Assembly (NCBI RefSeq): GCF_035084215.1
Contig: NC_090334.1
Location: forward strand, 73,904,001 to 73,968,000
Source of the DNA: Heptranchias perlo
Taxonomy: Eukaryota
Reading direction: 5' to 3'
Length of the DNA stretch: 64,000 bases
Of the stretch, positions 26,713-39,800 are shown piece by piece. Below the pieces are notes generated by a model. The model was not told where the DNA came from. It ran no database searches and saw only the letters and a program-made list of their open reading frames with translations. A program made the position numbers and the translations under genes. The first letter of the stretch is position 1, and every line of letters starts with the position of its first letter.

Positions 26713-27494
26713 AATCCTGATCTCTGTCCGTCCAGCGAATCCTGCTGTGTATATTATGGTGCACGTTACGGTGAGGACAGGATCTGGCTCTACTGCTGTA
26801 ACTATGGATAAACGTTACGTCAATAGTGGTGGAGCTGCGATGCTGCCTGCGGTGGAACAGCCTGCCCACACACTCACCGTCCAGGTTCACACGCAAAGAG
26901 CAGCCCACTCGTGCAAGATAACGGAGAAGAGCCAGCATCCATCACACTGCCCTCCCAGCACCAGTCGCAGCTTTCAGTGAGAAGGGGTTAAATACAAGAA
27001 AATTGGGAAAAAATAAATTTGCAGAGAAATCAAGTCGGTGCGAATTTTGAAAGTATAAAAACCTATTCAATTCCCAATTGTATAAATACACCAGCGGCAC
27101 TGTGCTATAATGGCTACAATCGAATACAATCTGAGCAGTATATTGGTATTGATCTGTATTCCAGACTGTCAGCACATCAACATGTTTCAGGCTAAAGAAA
27201 TCGCTTTGCCTGGTCAGGTGATCTTGACCAAGGTAAAAACAAACTCTAAATCCCTCAGGAACAGGTGGAGATCTTTGAGTGATAACGGGAGTTATCACTC
27301 AAAGTCCAAAAAGAACAAGTCACCCTGTGTGGCTCAGTTGGCCAATGGCGCTGCGTCTAGATTCCCGTCCGTGCCGAGTTATCTGATCTCAGCTGATTCA
27401 ATAGTTGAGGGAGGGGAGGGTGGCTGCAGAACAATCAGCCAGGATTCCCGCCCCTGATTGCTATCCAGTCACTCCTGCTGGAAAGTGCAGATGT

Positions 27495-27885
27495 CAAGCC
27501 CCAATTCCAGAGACTTGAGCACGTAATCTAGGCTGACGCTCCAGTGCAGTACTGAGGGAGTGCTGCGCTGTCGGAGGTGCCATCTTTCGGATGAAAGGTT
27601 AAACCGAAGCCTCATCTGCCCTCTCAGGTGGATGTAAAAGATCTCACAGCATTATTTGAAGAAGAGCAGGGGAGTTCTCCCAGTGTCCCTCAACCAACAC
27701 CTAAAGCAGATGATCTGGTCATTCATCTCATTGCCGTTTGTGGGACCTTGCTGTGCTTAAATTGGCTGCCGCGTTTCCTACATTACAACAGTGACTACAC
27801 TTCAAAACATGACTTCATTGGTTGTGAAGTGCTATGGGACATCCTGAGGTCGTGAAAGGTACTATATAAATGCAAGTTCTTTCAT
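27495..27885 (+). mobile_element. SacSINE1-like SINE
   Basis: Deu core and tail. Confidence 0.8.
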
Positions 27886-28269
27886 TCTTTTAGACAGTCG
27901 AATATAAGCCCCACCCCTGCCTTTAACAAATATTTAGGAAAAATGGATCAGGATTTATGTTTGTGTCTGAGGATTAAATTAATGCTCTGAATTGTCCTCC
28001 ATCAACCAATTTGATTAATGTTGATTAACCAGTGTTCTGCCTTCAACAGTACAAAACTGACTGAAATGTCAAATAACTCTCAGCTTAACAAAGGCATCAA
28101 GGACTGAACAGACACAGATGAATCCCCAACAACTACTTCATTTAACTTCATTTACCATATTACAATTAGTACCATCGTAAAGCTCACCGTTGGTGATTAT
28201 AGTAAAGGCCACTTAAAATAAATTGACAGAATCTAAATCATTGTGAGAATAGTAATAAAACATGATTGT

Positions 28270-29865
28270 AATGGTCGATAGGTGGTTTTGTGACTGGATG
28301 GCTGTTTCCAGTGGGGTTCCACAGGGCTCAGTACTAAGTCCCTTGCTTTTTGTGGTATATATCAATGATTTAGAACTAAATGTAGGGGGCATGATTAAGA
28401 AGTTTGCAGACCGATAATAAAATTGGCCATGTGGTTGATAGTGAGGAAGAAAGCTGTAGACTGCAGGAAGATATCAATGGACTGGTCAGGTGGGCAGGAA
28501 AGTGTCAAATGGAATTCAATCTGGAGAAGTGTGAGGTAATGCATTTGGGGAGGGCAAACAAGGCAAGGGAATACACAATAAATGGTAGGATACTGAGAAA
28601 TGTAGAGGAACAGAGGGACCTTTTTGTTTATTCGTTCATGGGATGTGGGCGTCGCTGGCAAAGCCAGCATTTATTGCCCGTCCCTAATTGCCCTTGAGAA
28701 GGTGGTGGTGAGCCGCCTTCTTGAACCGCTGCAGTCCGTGTGGTGAAGGTTCTCCCACATTGCTGTAAGGAAGGGAGTACCAGGATTTTGACCCAGCGAC
28801 AATGAAGGAGCGACGATATATTTCCAAGTCGGGATGGTGTGTGACTTGGAGGGGAACGTGCAGGTGGTGTTGTTCCCATGTGCCTGCTGCCCTTGTCCTT
28901 CTAGGTAGTAGAGGTCGCGGGTTTGGGAGGTGCTGTCGAAGAAGCCTTGGCGAGTTGCTGCAGTGCATCCTGTGGATGGTACACACTGCAGCCACAGTGC
29001 GCCGGTGGTGAAAGGACTGAATGTTTAGAGTGGTGCATGGGGTGCCAATCAAGTGGGCTGCTTTGTCCTGGATGGCGTCGTGCTTCTTGAGTGTTGTTGG
29101 AGCTGCACTCATCCAGGCAAGTGGAGGGTATTCCATCACACTCCTGACTTGTGCCTTGTAGATGGTGGAAAGGCTTTGGGGAGTCAGGAGTGCATGTCCA
29201 CAGATTCCTGAAGGTAGCAGGACAGGTAGAGAAGGTGGTTAAGAAGGCTAACGGAATACTTTCTTTTATTAGCCGAGACATAGAATATAAGAGCAGGGAG
29301 GTTATGCTAGAACTGTATAAAATGCTAGTTAGGCCACAGCTTGAGTACTGCCTACAGTTCTGGTCACCACAGTACAGGAAAGATGTGATTGCACTAGAGA
29401 GGATACAGAGGAGATTTACGAGGATGTTGCCAGGACTGGAGAATTTTAGCTATTGGATAGGCTGGGGTTGTTTTCTTTGGAATAAAGGAGGCTGAGGGGA
29501 GATTTAATTGAAGTGTATAAAATTATGACGGGCCTAGATAGAGTGGACAGGGAGGACCTATTTCCCTTAGCAGAGAGGTCAATAACCAGGGGGCATAGAT
29601 TTAAAGTAATTGGTAGAACGATTAGAGGGGAGTTGAGGAAAAAATTTTTCATCCAGATGGTGGTGGGGGTCTGGAACTCACTGCCTGAAACGGTGATAGA
29701 GGCAGAAACCCTCAGCTCATTTAAAAAGTACTTAGCTATGCACTTGAAGTGCTGTAACCTACAAGGCTACAAACCAAGAGCTGGAAAGTGGGATTAGGCT
29801 GGATAGCTCGATGGGCCGAATGGCCTCCTTCTGTGCTGTAAATTTCTATGATTCTATGATTCTAA
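28270..29865 (+). mobile_element. CR1 LINE interrupted by a second LINE family at ~28622-29186
   Basis: RT C-terminal peptides flank the insert and rejoin at gggacc.../ggagtgcatgtccacag; (attctatg)n tail. Confidence 0.88.
28622..29186 (-). mobile_element. 3' fragment of a second CR1-clade (Zenon-like) LINE family
   Basis: MEYPPLAWMSAAPTTLKK...FKKAAHHHLLKGN; homologous to 58800-59360. Confidence 0.85.
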
Positions 29866-31496
29866 TTATTGGCAGGTTTCACTTCATAACAGTTTCACAG
29901 AATAACGTTTGATGCCCAGGATCACAGTACATGCCTGACAAGGTTAAGTTCACAGTCCGTATCAGAAGGTAGGATTGATAGATTCCAGTGGTGGCAGGAA
30001 GGGGATCGAGCTGGGAAATGGGGAATGCCGACACACCTAGTCCGAAGGCCAAGCTGGGAACCGCACAGACTCGCAGGCCCGAACCTGGAGGCTGAAGACG
30101 GGCGACAGAGGTTCCCGGGAGCGATATGGAGGCGGGCCTCCTAAACCGCATTGGATGACCACAAAATGATTGGCGGGTGAGGGCTCATGACCTCCCCCCC
30201 CCCCCCACCCCCCCCCCACTGTAGGATTCCACTGTTGAACTTTGCTCTTAGATGAAATTAGCATAAAAGCATACAAACTCACTCCTCAGAAGAGATGGTA
30301 TCATGCTCTTCCATCTCCCTCTGCAGTGCTTAGGTGCTCTGGATAATGTCTTTAGCAACTCTTTTGACATCAATAGTCGTCTTTACTGTTCATCATCTAC
30401 TTCCTTTCTCAACTTGTAGTTAACACCATGCTCATATTTGTATCTGTGCTTTGAAAATTTGTGCTACTATTAACTGTTGGAACACATTTTATAATTCCCT
30501 ATTTAGTTTCTGAAACCCTTTTATAGCTTTCCAAAACCTCTAACAAACTTTTCAAAGCTGCCTAATTAACAACAACAACTTGCATTTATATAGGGGCTTT
30601 AATGTAGTAAAACGTGCCAAGGCGCTTCGCAGGAGCGATTATCAAACAGAAACTGACACCGAGCCAAAGGAGGCATTAGGACAGGTTATCAAAAGCTTGG
30701 TCAATTTAGGCGAATAGCTTATCTTCTTTGAATATCTTAAGTTCCTACAGTGAACATCCTTTCAAGCCATTCGATCAATCATAACATACAAAACCACTTG
30801 TGTGAATCATTTTAAAATATGCCGTTCTGTATCAATACAAACACCTGAGAAATTATTACCATCAACTTTTCCTTTCTAAGGCCTCATGCCTGTATTTTCA
30901 GTGTGAGTTGATCCATGGAATGACCTGGCCTATTCTCCCTCTATGTTTCTTTAGTTCTTTTGCTAGATTTAGCTCACTATGCCCTCAGTTTATATACCTC
31001 TTCTCCTATCCACCTTATCAATTCCGTCCTTTCTTTAGAAAATGGAATCAGAGTCTCCATCCATCCATGAGAACGGATTTAGGTTCCTTAACCTCTCTTC
31101 CATAGCTCATTTGTCCTGTGATGCTTCGGTGCATTTTCTCAAGGTCGAAGCCCAGCTCTTTCTCTTTTTATTCCTCGTAGGCCTGGTTTGTAAGGTTCAA
31201 ATGCGTGCTAGTTTTCTTAATTTTGAGGTAGGTTATGTAATATTGTAATATTAGAAGCCGGACAGAAATGTATTAATTTGAATTGCTGCATAATTCTACA
31301 TGTCATAAGGGGGAGAAACCTGAAACCAGCCCTTCCAAGATTCAGTGGATAGATGCACTGTGTTCTATGGTACTGAGCTATATGGGGCCCTAGGCTAAAA
31401 TCCCAGATCTGAGTTGAGTTAGTTGAGCTCAGTGATGGCGGGGGCCCTATAATTGGCTTTGGCATTACCAAGCTTTAGGGAAGAAAAAAACAAGGT

Positions 31497-31656
31497 GGCT
31501 CTGAAATTCTATGGGGTCTCTGCTGGTCTCCTGCTGCAACTCTGGTGAAAGATCAGCAGATCCCCTGAAAAACAGGGAGTTTATTTGGCAGTTTCGCTGG
31601 TCTCCTATTGGAGTTACGGTGGGAGAGCAGGAGAACTCCCATGGAATTTCAGGGCC
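31497..31656. mobile_element. Short palindromic MITE
   Basis: TIRs ggctctgaaattctatggg / cccatggaatttcagggcc. Confidence 0.6.
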
Positions 31657-32414
31657 GATTTCTCCTCCCACAGGGACCGTCGCTCGAAGGTTGAGCTATA
31701 ACATTCTGACCCCGATTCTCTGACCTGGCACTCCCTGTAAGTGTAGCTCCTAGCTGGAAACTCGGGACCCTGGAGTTCCACCAATTAGTTTAAGTTTAAA
31801 CTTTAGTCACAGAGCTTCTCCGATGGGCAAAAGGTTCCCTTTCCTGATTGTTACCTACTGACTCCTGCACGATAGTGCATGTGCATGTCTATTACTCCTC
31901 CATTTCTGGCCTCTTGCGCATCCCTGATTTCCATCTTCCCACCACTGGCGGCCGTGTCTTCAGCTGCCTAGGCCCTAAGGCTCTGGAATTCTCTCCCTAA
32001 ACCTCTCTGCCTCGCTTCCTCTCTCTCCTCCTTTAAGTCACTCCTTAAAACCTACCTCTTTGACTAAGCTTTTGGTCATCTGTCCTAATATCTCTTTATG
32101 TGGCTCAGTGTCAAATTTTGTCTGATAATGCTCCTGTGAAGCGCCTTGGGAGGTTTTGCTGGGTTAAAGGCGTTGCATAAATGCAAGTTGTTGTTGGGTG
32201 CAATGGCATGCTTATGTTACAGCTGATGCACTGCTACAGTCTCTCAATGTAAAACCCTTTGGGCGAGAAATTGGGCCGTGTAGCGCCAGTTGCTTTGGCG
32301 CAAAGCGGCCTCTTGAACATCCAAGATGGCGTATTGGCTGCGCACGCACATTTCCAGCGTGACTTGCGCCGGACGCCATCTTGGTACAGGTATTAGCACA
32401 TGCGCAAATATCGA

Positions 32415-35245
32415 AAAGGGAACCAAGGGTCTAGTGAGAGGGAGGAACTGAAGGAAACCAGTATTAGTAAAAAAAATAGTGCTAGGGAAATTAATGGGGC
32501 TAAAGGCTGACAAATCCCCAGGGCCTGATAATCTACATCCCAGAGTACTAAAAGAAGTGGCCCTGGAAATATTGGATGCATTGGTGATCATCTTCCAAAA
32601 TTCTATAGACTCTGGAACAGTTCCTACAGATTGGAGGGTGGCAAATGTAACCCCACTATTTAAAAAAACAGGGAATTACAGACCAGTTAGCCTAACATCA
32701 GTAGTGGGGAAAATGCTAGAGTCTATTATAAAAGATGTGATAACAGAACAGTTGGAGGGCATTAACGGGATTGGACAAAGTCAGCATGGGTTTATGAAAG
32801 GGAAATCATGCTTAACAAATCTACTGGAGTTTTTTGAGGATGTAATTAGTAGGATAGGGGAGAACCAGTGGATGTGGTGTACTTGGATTTTCAGAAGGCT
32901 TTTGATAAGGTCCCACACAAGAGGTTAGTGTGCAAAATTAAAGCGCATGGGATTGGGGGGAATATACTGGCATGGATTAAGAATTGGTTGACAGACAGGA
33001 AACAGAAAGTGGGAATAAATGGGTCTTTTTCCGGGTGGCAGGCAGTGACTAGTGGGGTACCGCAGGGATCAGTGCTTGGGCCCCAGCTATTCACAATTAT
33101 GATCAATGATTTGGATGAGGGAACTAAATGTAACATTTCCAAGTTTGCAGACAACACAAAGCTGGGGTGGAATATGAGCTGTGAGGAGGATGCAAAGAGG
33201 CTCCAATGTGATTTAGACAAGTTGGGTGAGAATATAAGAACATAAGAAATAGGAGCAGGAGTAGGCCAATCGGCCCCTCGAGCCTGCTCCGCCATTCAAT
33301 AAGATCATGGCTGATCTGATCCTAACCTCAAATCTAAATTCATGTCCAATTTCCTGCCCGCTCCCTGTAACCCCTAATTCCCTTTACTTCTAGGAAACTG
33401 TCCATTTCTGTTTTAAATTTATTGAATGATGTAGCTTCCACAGCTTCCTGGGGCAGCAAATTCCACAGACCTACTACCCTCTGAGTGAAGAAGTTTCTCC
33501 TCATCTCAGTTTTGAAAGAGTAGCCCCTTATTCTAAGATTATGCCCCCAGTTCTAGTTTCACCCATCCTTGGGAACATCCTTACCGCATCCACCCGATCA
33601 AGCCCCTTCACAATCTTATATGTTTCAATAAGGTCGCCTCTCATTCTTCTGAACTCCAATGAGTAGAGTCCCAATCTACTCAACCTCTCCTCATATGTCC
33701 ACCTCCTCATCCCCGGATTAACCGAGTGAACCTTCTTTGTACTGCCTCGAGAGCAAATATGTCTTTTCTTAAGTATGGAGACCAAAACTGTATGCAGTAT
33801 TCCAGGTGCGGTCTCACCAATACCTTATATAACTGCAGCAATACCTCCCTGTTTTTATATTCTATCCCACTAGCAGTAAAAGCCAACATTCCGTTGGCCT
33901 TCTTGATCACCTGCTGCACCTGCATACTAACCTTTTGATTTTCTTGCACTAGGACCCCCAGATCCCTTTGTACTGCAGTACTTTCCAGTTTCTCGCCATT
34001 AAGATAATAACTTGCTCTCTGATTTTTCCTGCCAAAGTGCATAACCTCACATTTTCCAATATTGTATTGCATCTGCCAAATCTCCACCCACTCACCCAGC
34101 CTGTCTATATCCCCTTGTAGGTTTTTTATGTCCTCCTCACTCTCCACTTTCCCTCCCATCTTTGTATCATCTGCAAACTTTGATATGTTACACTCGGTCC
34201 CCTCCTCCAAATCGTTAATATAGATTGTAAAGAGTTGGGGACCCAGCACCGACCCCTGCGGAACACCACTGGCTACTGGTTGCCAGTCCGAGAATGAACC
34301 ATTTATCCCAACTCTCTGCTTCCTGTTAGATAACCAATCCTCCACCCATGCTAGAATATTACCCCCAATCCAGTGATTCTTTATCTTGAGCAATAATCTT
34401 TTATGTGGCACCTTGTCGAATGCCTTCTGAAAGTCTAAGTGAGTGGGCAAGAATATGGCATATGCAGTATAACGTGGATAAATGTGAGGTTATCCACTTT
34501 GGTTGTAAAAACAGAGAGCCAGATTATTGTCTGAATGATGATAGATTGGGGAAAGGGGAGGTGCAACGAGACCTGGGTGTCCTTGTACACCAGTCGCTGA
34601 AAGCGAGCATTCAGGTGCAGCAAGCAATTAGGAAGGCGAATGGTATGTTGGCCTTCATTGCAAGAGGATTTGAGTACAGGAGCAGGGATGTCTTACTGCA
34701 GTTATACAGGGCCTTGGTGAGACCACATCTGGAGTATAGTGTGCAGTTTTGGTCTCCTTATCACAGGATGTCCTTGCCCTGGAGGGAGTGCAACAAAGGC
34801 TCATCAGACTGATTCCTGGGATGGCAGGACTGATGTATGAGGAGAGATTGGGTCGTCTAGGCCTATATTCACTAGAGTTTAGAAGAATGAGAGGTGATCT
34901 CATCGAAACCTATAAAATTCTAACAGGACTAGACAGACTAGATGCAGGGTGGATGTTCCCGATGGCTGGGGAGTCCAGAACCAGGGGTCACAGTTTCACG
35001 AACGGGGTATGCCATTTAGAACCGAGATGAGGAGAAATTTCTTCACTCAGAGGGTGGTGAACCTGTGGAATTCTCTACCACAGAAGGCAGTGGAGGCCAA
35101 GTCATTAGATGTATTCAAGAAGGAGACAGATATATTGCTTAAAGCTAAAGGGATCTAGGGATATGGGGGAAAAGCGGGAACAAGGTACCAAGTTAGACGA
35201 TCAGCCAAATGGCCTATTCTTCCTCCTATTTTCTATGTTTCTATG
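32415..35245 (+). mobile_element. CR1 LINE (RT region to tail) interrupted by an opposite-strand CR1
   Basis: KSPGPDNLHPRVLKE...NYRPVSLTSVVGK...[10 protein letters not shown]...; resumes at 34439 (SEWARIW). Confidence 0.92.
33231..34438 (-). mobile_element. CR1 LINE (young subfamily, near-identical to 25384-26712)
   Basis: 247-aa RT ORF 33707..34450; short gtgag duplication at the junctions. Confidence 0.92.
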
Positions 35246-35747
35246 AATGTCAGAAGCATGTAAAGTAAGGAGAAAATGGGTACAGTGTGCAACGGTGATT
35301 TAAAGTGACAGACACCATTTTGGCACTTAATGCTCAACTTAACGCAGAGTCTTAACCCCAGCCATCTGAACGTGTCTTAGAGTGCCTGGAGGACCCCCAT
35401 CAGCACCATTTAAAGGGACCATGCAGGATTTACAAGTTAGTGACTGGATTATTGCTTCTGGCTGCTGATACATTTGTAACTGTTTTTGGAGATCTCCTAT
35501 ACTTGAATATTACGACCAGGGAACATAGCCTAACATTTAGAGCCAGGATGTGCAGGAGTGAAGTTAGGAAACGCTTCTACATACAAAGGGTGGGAGAAGT
35601 TTGGAACGCTCTTCTGCGAACTGTAAATTCTAAATCTGAGATTGATAAATTTCTGTGAACCAAGGGTATTAAGGGATATGGGGCTAAGGTGGGTATATAA
35701 ACTTAGTTCACAGGTCCACCATAATCTTATTGAATGGCAGAACAGGC

Positions 35748-36115
35748 TACTGCCACTTGCTGCCTCCTAATGTGCACCACCTTCTCCTGCATGAAAGTGG
35801 GATGTGAGTCTGGGTGATGTGCCTGTCATAGTTGAATAGCTGCGAGTGTGCGTGGTCTGTGAGTTGTGGGTGGGCAGCTTGCAACAGTGGTAATGTGTAA
35901 GGGTGAGAGGAAGCATCTGATTGGAAGTGTTGAGTACTGATGGAAAGAGTTTGTTGGTATGTGGGTGATGGGGGGTTTAGTGCATGGAGCAGCGGCTAGT
36001 GGTGCAGTTGGTAGGAGACGCCACTTGACAGTTGACCGCACTCACCTTGACCACTCATGTCAAAGCATTGAACTTCTTCCTGCACTGCATCCATGTTCGT
36101 GGTGCTACGCGTCTG
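35748..36115 (-). mobile_element. Remnant of a Harbinger-type Myb/SANT-like gene with an intron
   Basis: 36115 to 36046 encodes VAPRTWMQCRKKFNALT*VVK|gtgag, then cag|EKVVHIRRQQVA from 35785. A Harbinger-like terminus (gggcgagaaattgggccg) lies at ~32260. Confidence 0.6.
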
Positions 36116-36439
36116 GCATTGACTGCATCCCCCTTTGTTTCTGCTGTCATATGAGTACACAGGATAAAAACTGCATTTAAAGAAATACCTTGAAAGGACA
36201 CGAGAATCTCAACCTCCTCAGCCCCCACGAGTCGTAGATCAACTCCGTGGGCAGAACGATTAGATTGTCAGCTTTGGTCATGCGAAAACCTTTAGGAGAA
36301 TGCAAGGACTGTCTTTATTTATCTAAAGCTTTGCTGATTTTTTAATGTTCATTAAGGCAAGGGGAATTAGCAAATGTCCATGCAGTGTCATCATCAATGC
36401 CCCTGAGTTAGATACAGCACAGGTTAGATGTAGAGAAAA

Positions 36440-36870
36440 AAAGACTTGCATTTATATCATGCCTTTTATGACATCCTAAAGCGCTTTACAGCCAACAAAG
36501 TACTGTTGAAGTGTAGTCACTGTTGTAATGTAGGAAACATGGCAGCCAATTTGGACCCAGCAAGGTCCCACAAACAGCAACGCCAAAATCTGTTTTAGTG
36601 ACGTTGGTTGAGGGATAAATGTTGCCAAGACACTGGAGAGAACTCCTCTACTCTTCTTCTTCGAAATAATGCCATGGGATCTTTTTACATCCACCTGAGA
36701 GAGCAGATGGGCCCTCAGAATATCGGCACCTGCAACAGTTCAGCCCTCCCTCAGTACTGCACTGGAGTACCAGCCTGGCTTATGTGCTCAAGTCTCTGGA
36801 GTGGGATTTGAACCCACAACCTTCTGACTCAAGAGGCGAGAGTTCTACCAACTGAGCCACAGCTGACACC
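36440..36870 (-). mobile_element. SacSINE1-like SINE
   Basis: Full reverse copy ending ...actgagccacagctgacacc. Confidence 0.82.
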
Positions 36871-39800
36871 TGTGACACCAGCGTAAAGCTCCCACTGTAT
36901 TGCTCCATTAAACACTCCTGGGCCAGGTGCAGAATAAGCTAGATGCAGAGTGAAGCACCCAGTCAGATACAGTACAGGCTAGATGTAGAGTTAAGCTCTC
37001 TCTATAATGCCAATCAAGCACTCCTGTGTCAGATGCAGAGACATCTCAGCCAACCATCACAATTCTCAAAGGAAGGACCAGTGCAAATCCAAGTGGAAAT
37101 CTTGAGGCAGCAATGAAGTGGAGCTGAAGGAAACTCTCTTGAGTTTACTTTAGCATTGCTGTCAGACGTTGGGACTCCTTTTGAGAATCGTGTTTGTAAC
37201 ACAGCAATCTAAGGACAGAGGTAGGAAAAAAACTGACCAAGATTAAAAAGAAGGCTGCCACAAACTGGTGGAGCAACATACCAAATACAACTTACAGGCT
37301 ACATGGGAGTGAAAGAGACATGGACGTTAAGGTGTCCGTCACCCAATAGACTGAGAGAGACTTCACATAAATGGAAAAACAAATTCTTTTGTCCATTTCT
37401 AGCCATCCCACTAGTGTGTGAGGGCCATGTAACCAGTAAGTCTCACCCATCATTTGTCTGTAATAATCATGTGACCATTGATGTATTATTGGCACATGAT
37501 GATCGAAGATCAATCCCCGTGCTCCAGCCCAACTCTCTCCGCATCCAGTAGACTTTGCTGTTCCAATTTCCAGTCGCTGCCCACCACTCCTTCTAAACCC
37601 CACATTTTGTCTCCCAACCACACAAACACAAGGTGATACATACCCTGACCCCACGCCCCCAAGGAGAGAGGATGTCTGCAGCGATTAGAGTGTTGGAGCC
37701 CAGACTCTGGCTCCAGTTCTCCTGTGGCATGTAAGAGGGGTAAGGAGAAAGACAGAAAGTCACAGTGACAGTTAGAGACATACGGAGAAGACTTACAGAA
37801 CAGGAGAGTGAGAAAAAGGGTTGAAGGCAAAGGCAAATACAGAGACAAGAAAAAGTGAGTGAGAGCCATAAAAAGAATGCAATGGTAAGGAAGACAGAGA
37901 TGGAGACAGAACGAACTAGAGAGAGGGAGACACAGAGAGGGAAAGATACAGGAAGAAAGAAAATTAAACAAAATTGTCAGTGAGCTACATTACTTGAGGT
38001 CAACTAATATATTTATATGAAATATAATTTTATGGTTTGATCTTGGCACATTATGAGGTAAATCATGTTGTTTATATAAACGAATGGTCCAAACCTATCT
38101 AATGAAGACCATTTTCACACCTCTCTATTTATCTATCCTGCACCAACTTATGTCTTCTGCTGTACTTGCATGTGTACTATTTAGTGCTTGGCTATTATAC
38201 AGGACAAAAGACAATACATTATAAAGCTGTGGAATGTTCTCCAATGTCAGACATGCTGACCAGCAAGAAACAAAAAACATTGCAATGTTACATTTACAAA
38301 TGAAAGAACTATATTGTTTTGAGGCCACAACATTGTATGTTTAGACTATACCAAGCACAGAATTTCAATTAACTGTAGATTATCCTGATTAAACTGCAAC
38401 AATTAGATCATTATCCATTAAATCTTTATATCACAAGATCATTTGATAATTACAGAGGTGGAAGGCTATTCAGCCCATCCTGGTTTATCCATCCAGAAAG
38501 ACCCTGACTTCCCCTCATTGCAGCATCCAAATGTTTCTTAAAATGTTCCAGAGTTTTCACCTCCATTACTGTAACTGGAAGTCCATTTAGTATATTGATT
38601 ACTCCGTATGAACTAAATTTGCCTTTTGACTTGTTTGAATCTGTAACCCCCTTGTCTTTCTCTCACAATTTAAAAGTACATTTCTAAATTTATTTTTTCC
38701 ACACCATTCACAACCTTGTATACCTCTATACTATCACCTCTCGGACACCTCCTTTCAAGGCTTAAAAGTCCTCCACTTCTCAAATCTTTCCTTATAACTC
38801 AGCTGAAGACTGCTGAACTGCCCTTTACACACACACAACATTTTCAAGTGTTTTTGCATCCCTTTTAGACATTTGTAAAAGGATTCATGCTATTTGTCAG
38901 GTCAGCTCTGGGAATGCAACATGGGGGTTGTGATGCCCAAAGCGCTAGGCCCAAGGACCAACCACTGCATGAAATGTGAGGAGGGATGGGTAGGACCCAC
39001 ATCATTTTGATCCAACCTCATCGCTGCGGCACCCAGCGGGCGTATATTTGAATCATCAAACTTCCTTCATCCCAACTCGAGTGATTGTGGCAATCATTGT
39101 GTGACGGTCACTAACCTTCCGTCAGGTTTCTCACTATGGGAGGGGCTGGAAGGAGTTATAAACAAAACCAGTTTTAATCAGAGTCAGCTTGATACGTATA
39201 CAGGACAGGGTGTATTCTGTCTACTTGAATGTGATTTGCACCACAGGGGTTTCAACATGACAGTTTAAACAAAATTAAAAAAAGAGGTGTAGTCGATGTC
39301 GTATGAAAAAACTGTTCCGTTAGCCTCCTCTTCCCTTCCCTCCACGCAGCAAAACACGAGCATAATGTCTACAGTGCCCAAGGAACACCAGTGGAAATAT
39401 CTTCAGCTCAGTTGCAAGTCTAATAAACATTACCTAACTACAGTATAGGCACAGCCCATAAACTACAAATTGTAAAGAGCAGTAAAAATTGAATTATGCC
39501 GCTCTCCATGTTCCACATTTACACCCAGCAACGATATACTGAAACTATATTTCACTCTGCTCCATAACTGAGAATGAATTGATGGTGCATAACATGGCAG
39601 ATGATGAGGGTAATAAAATTAATCAAAGGTTTGTCAGCTTAAACGAGCACCACCAACTGTTTAAACACATTCAGGAGTACGTCTTGTTATTAGAGATATA
39701 TTCTAATGGGGCTTTCTGCCAGTCGCTGCATTTTCCATTGCTCAACGCCACCGAGGAAAGGGCGATTCAAACTGGACTCTGAAAAGGTGACATTTGTTTT

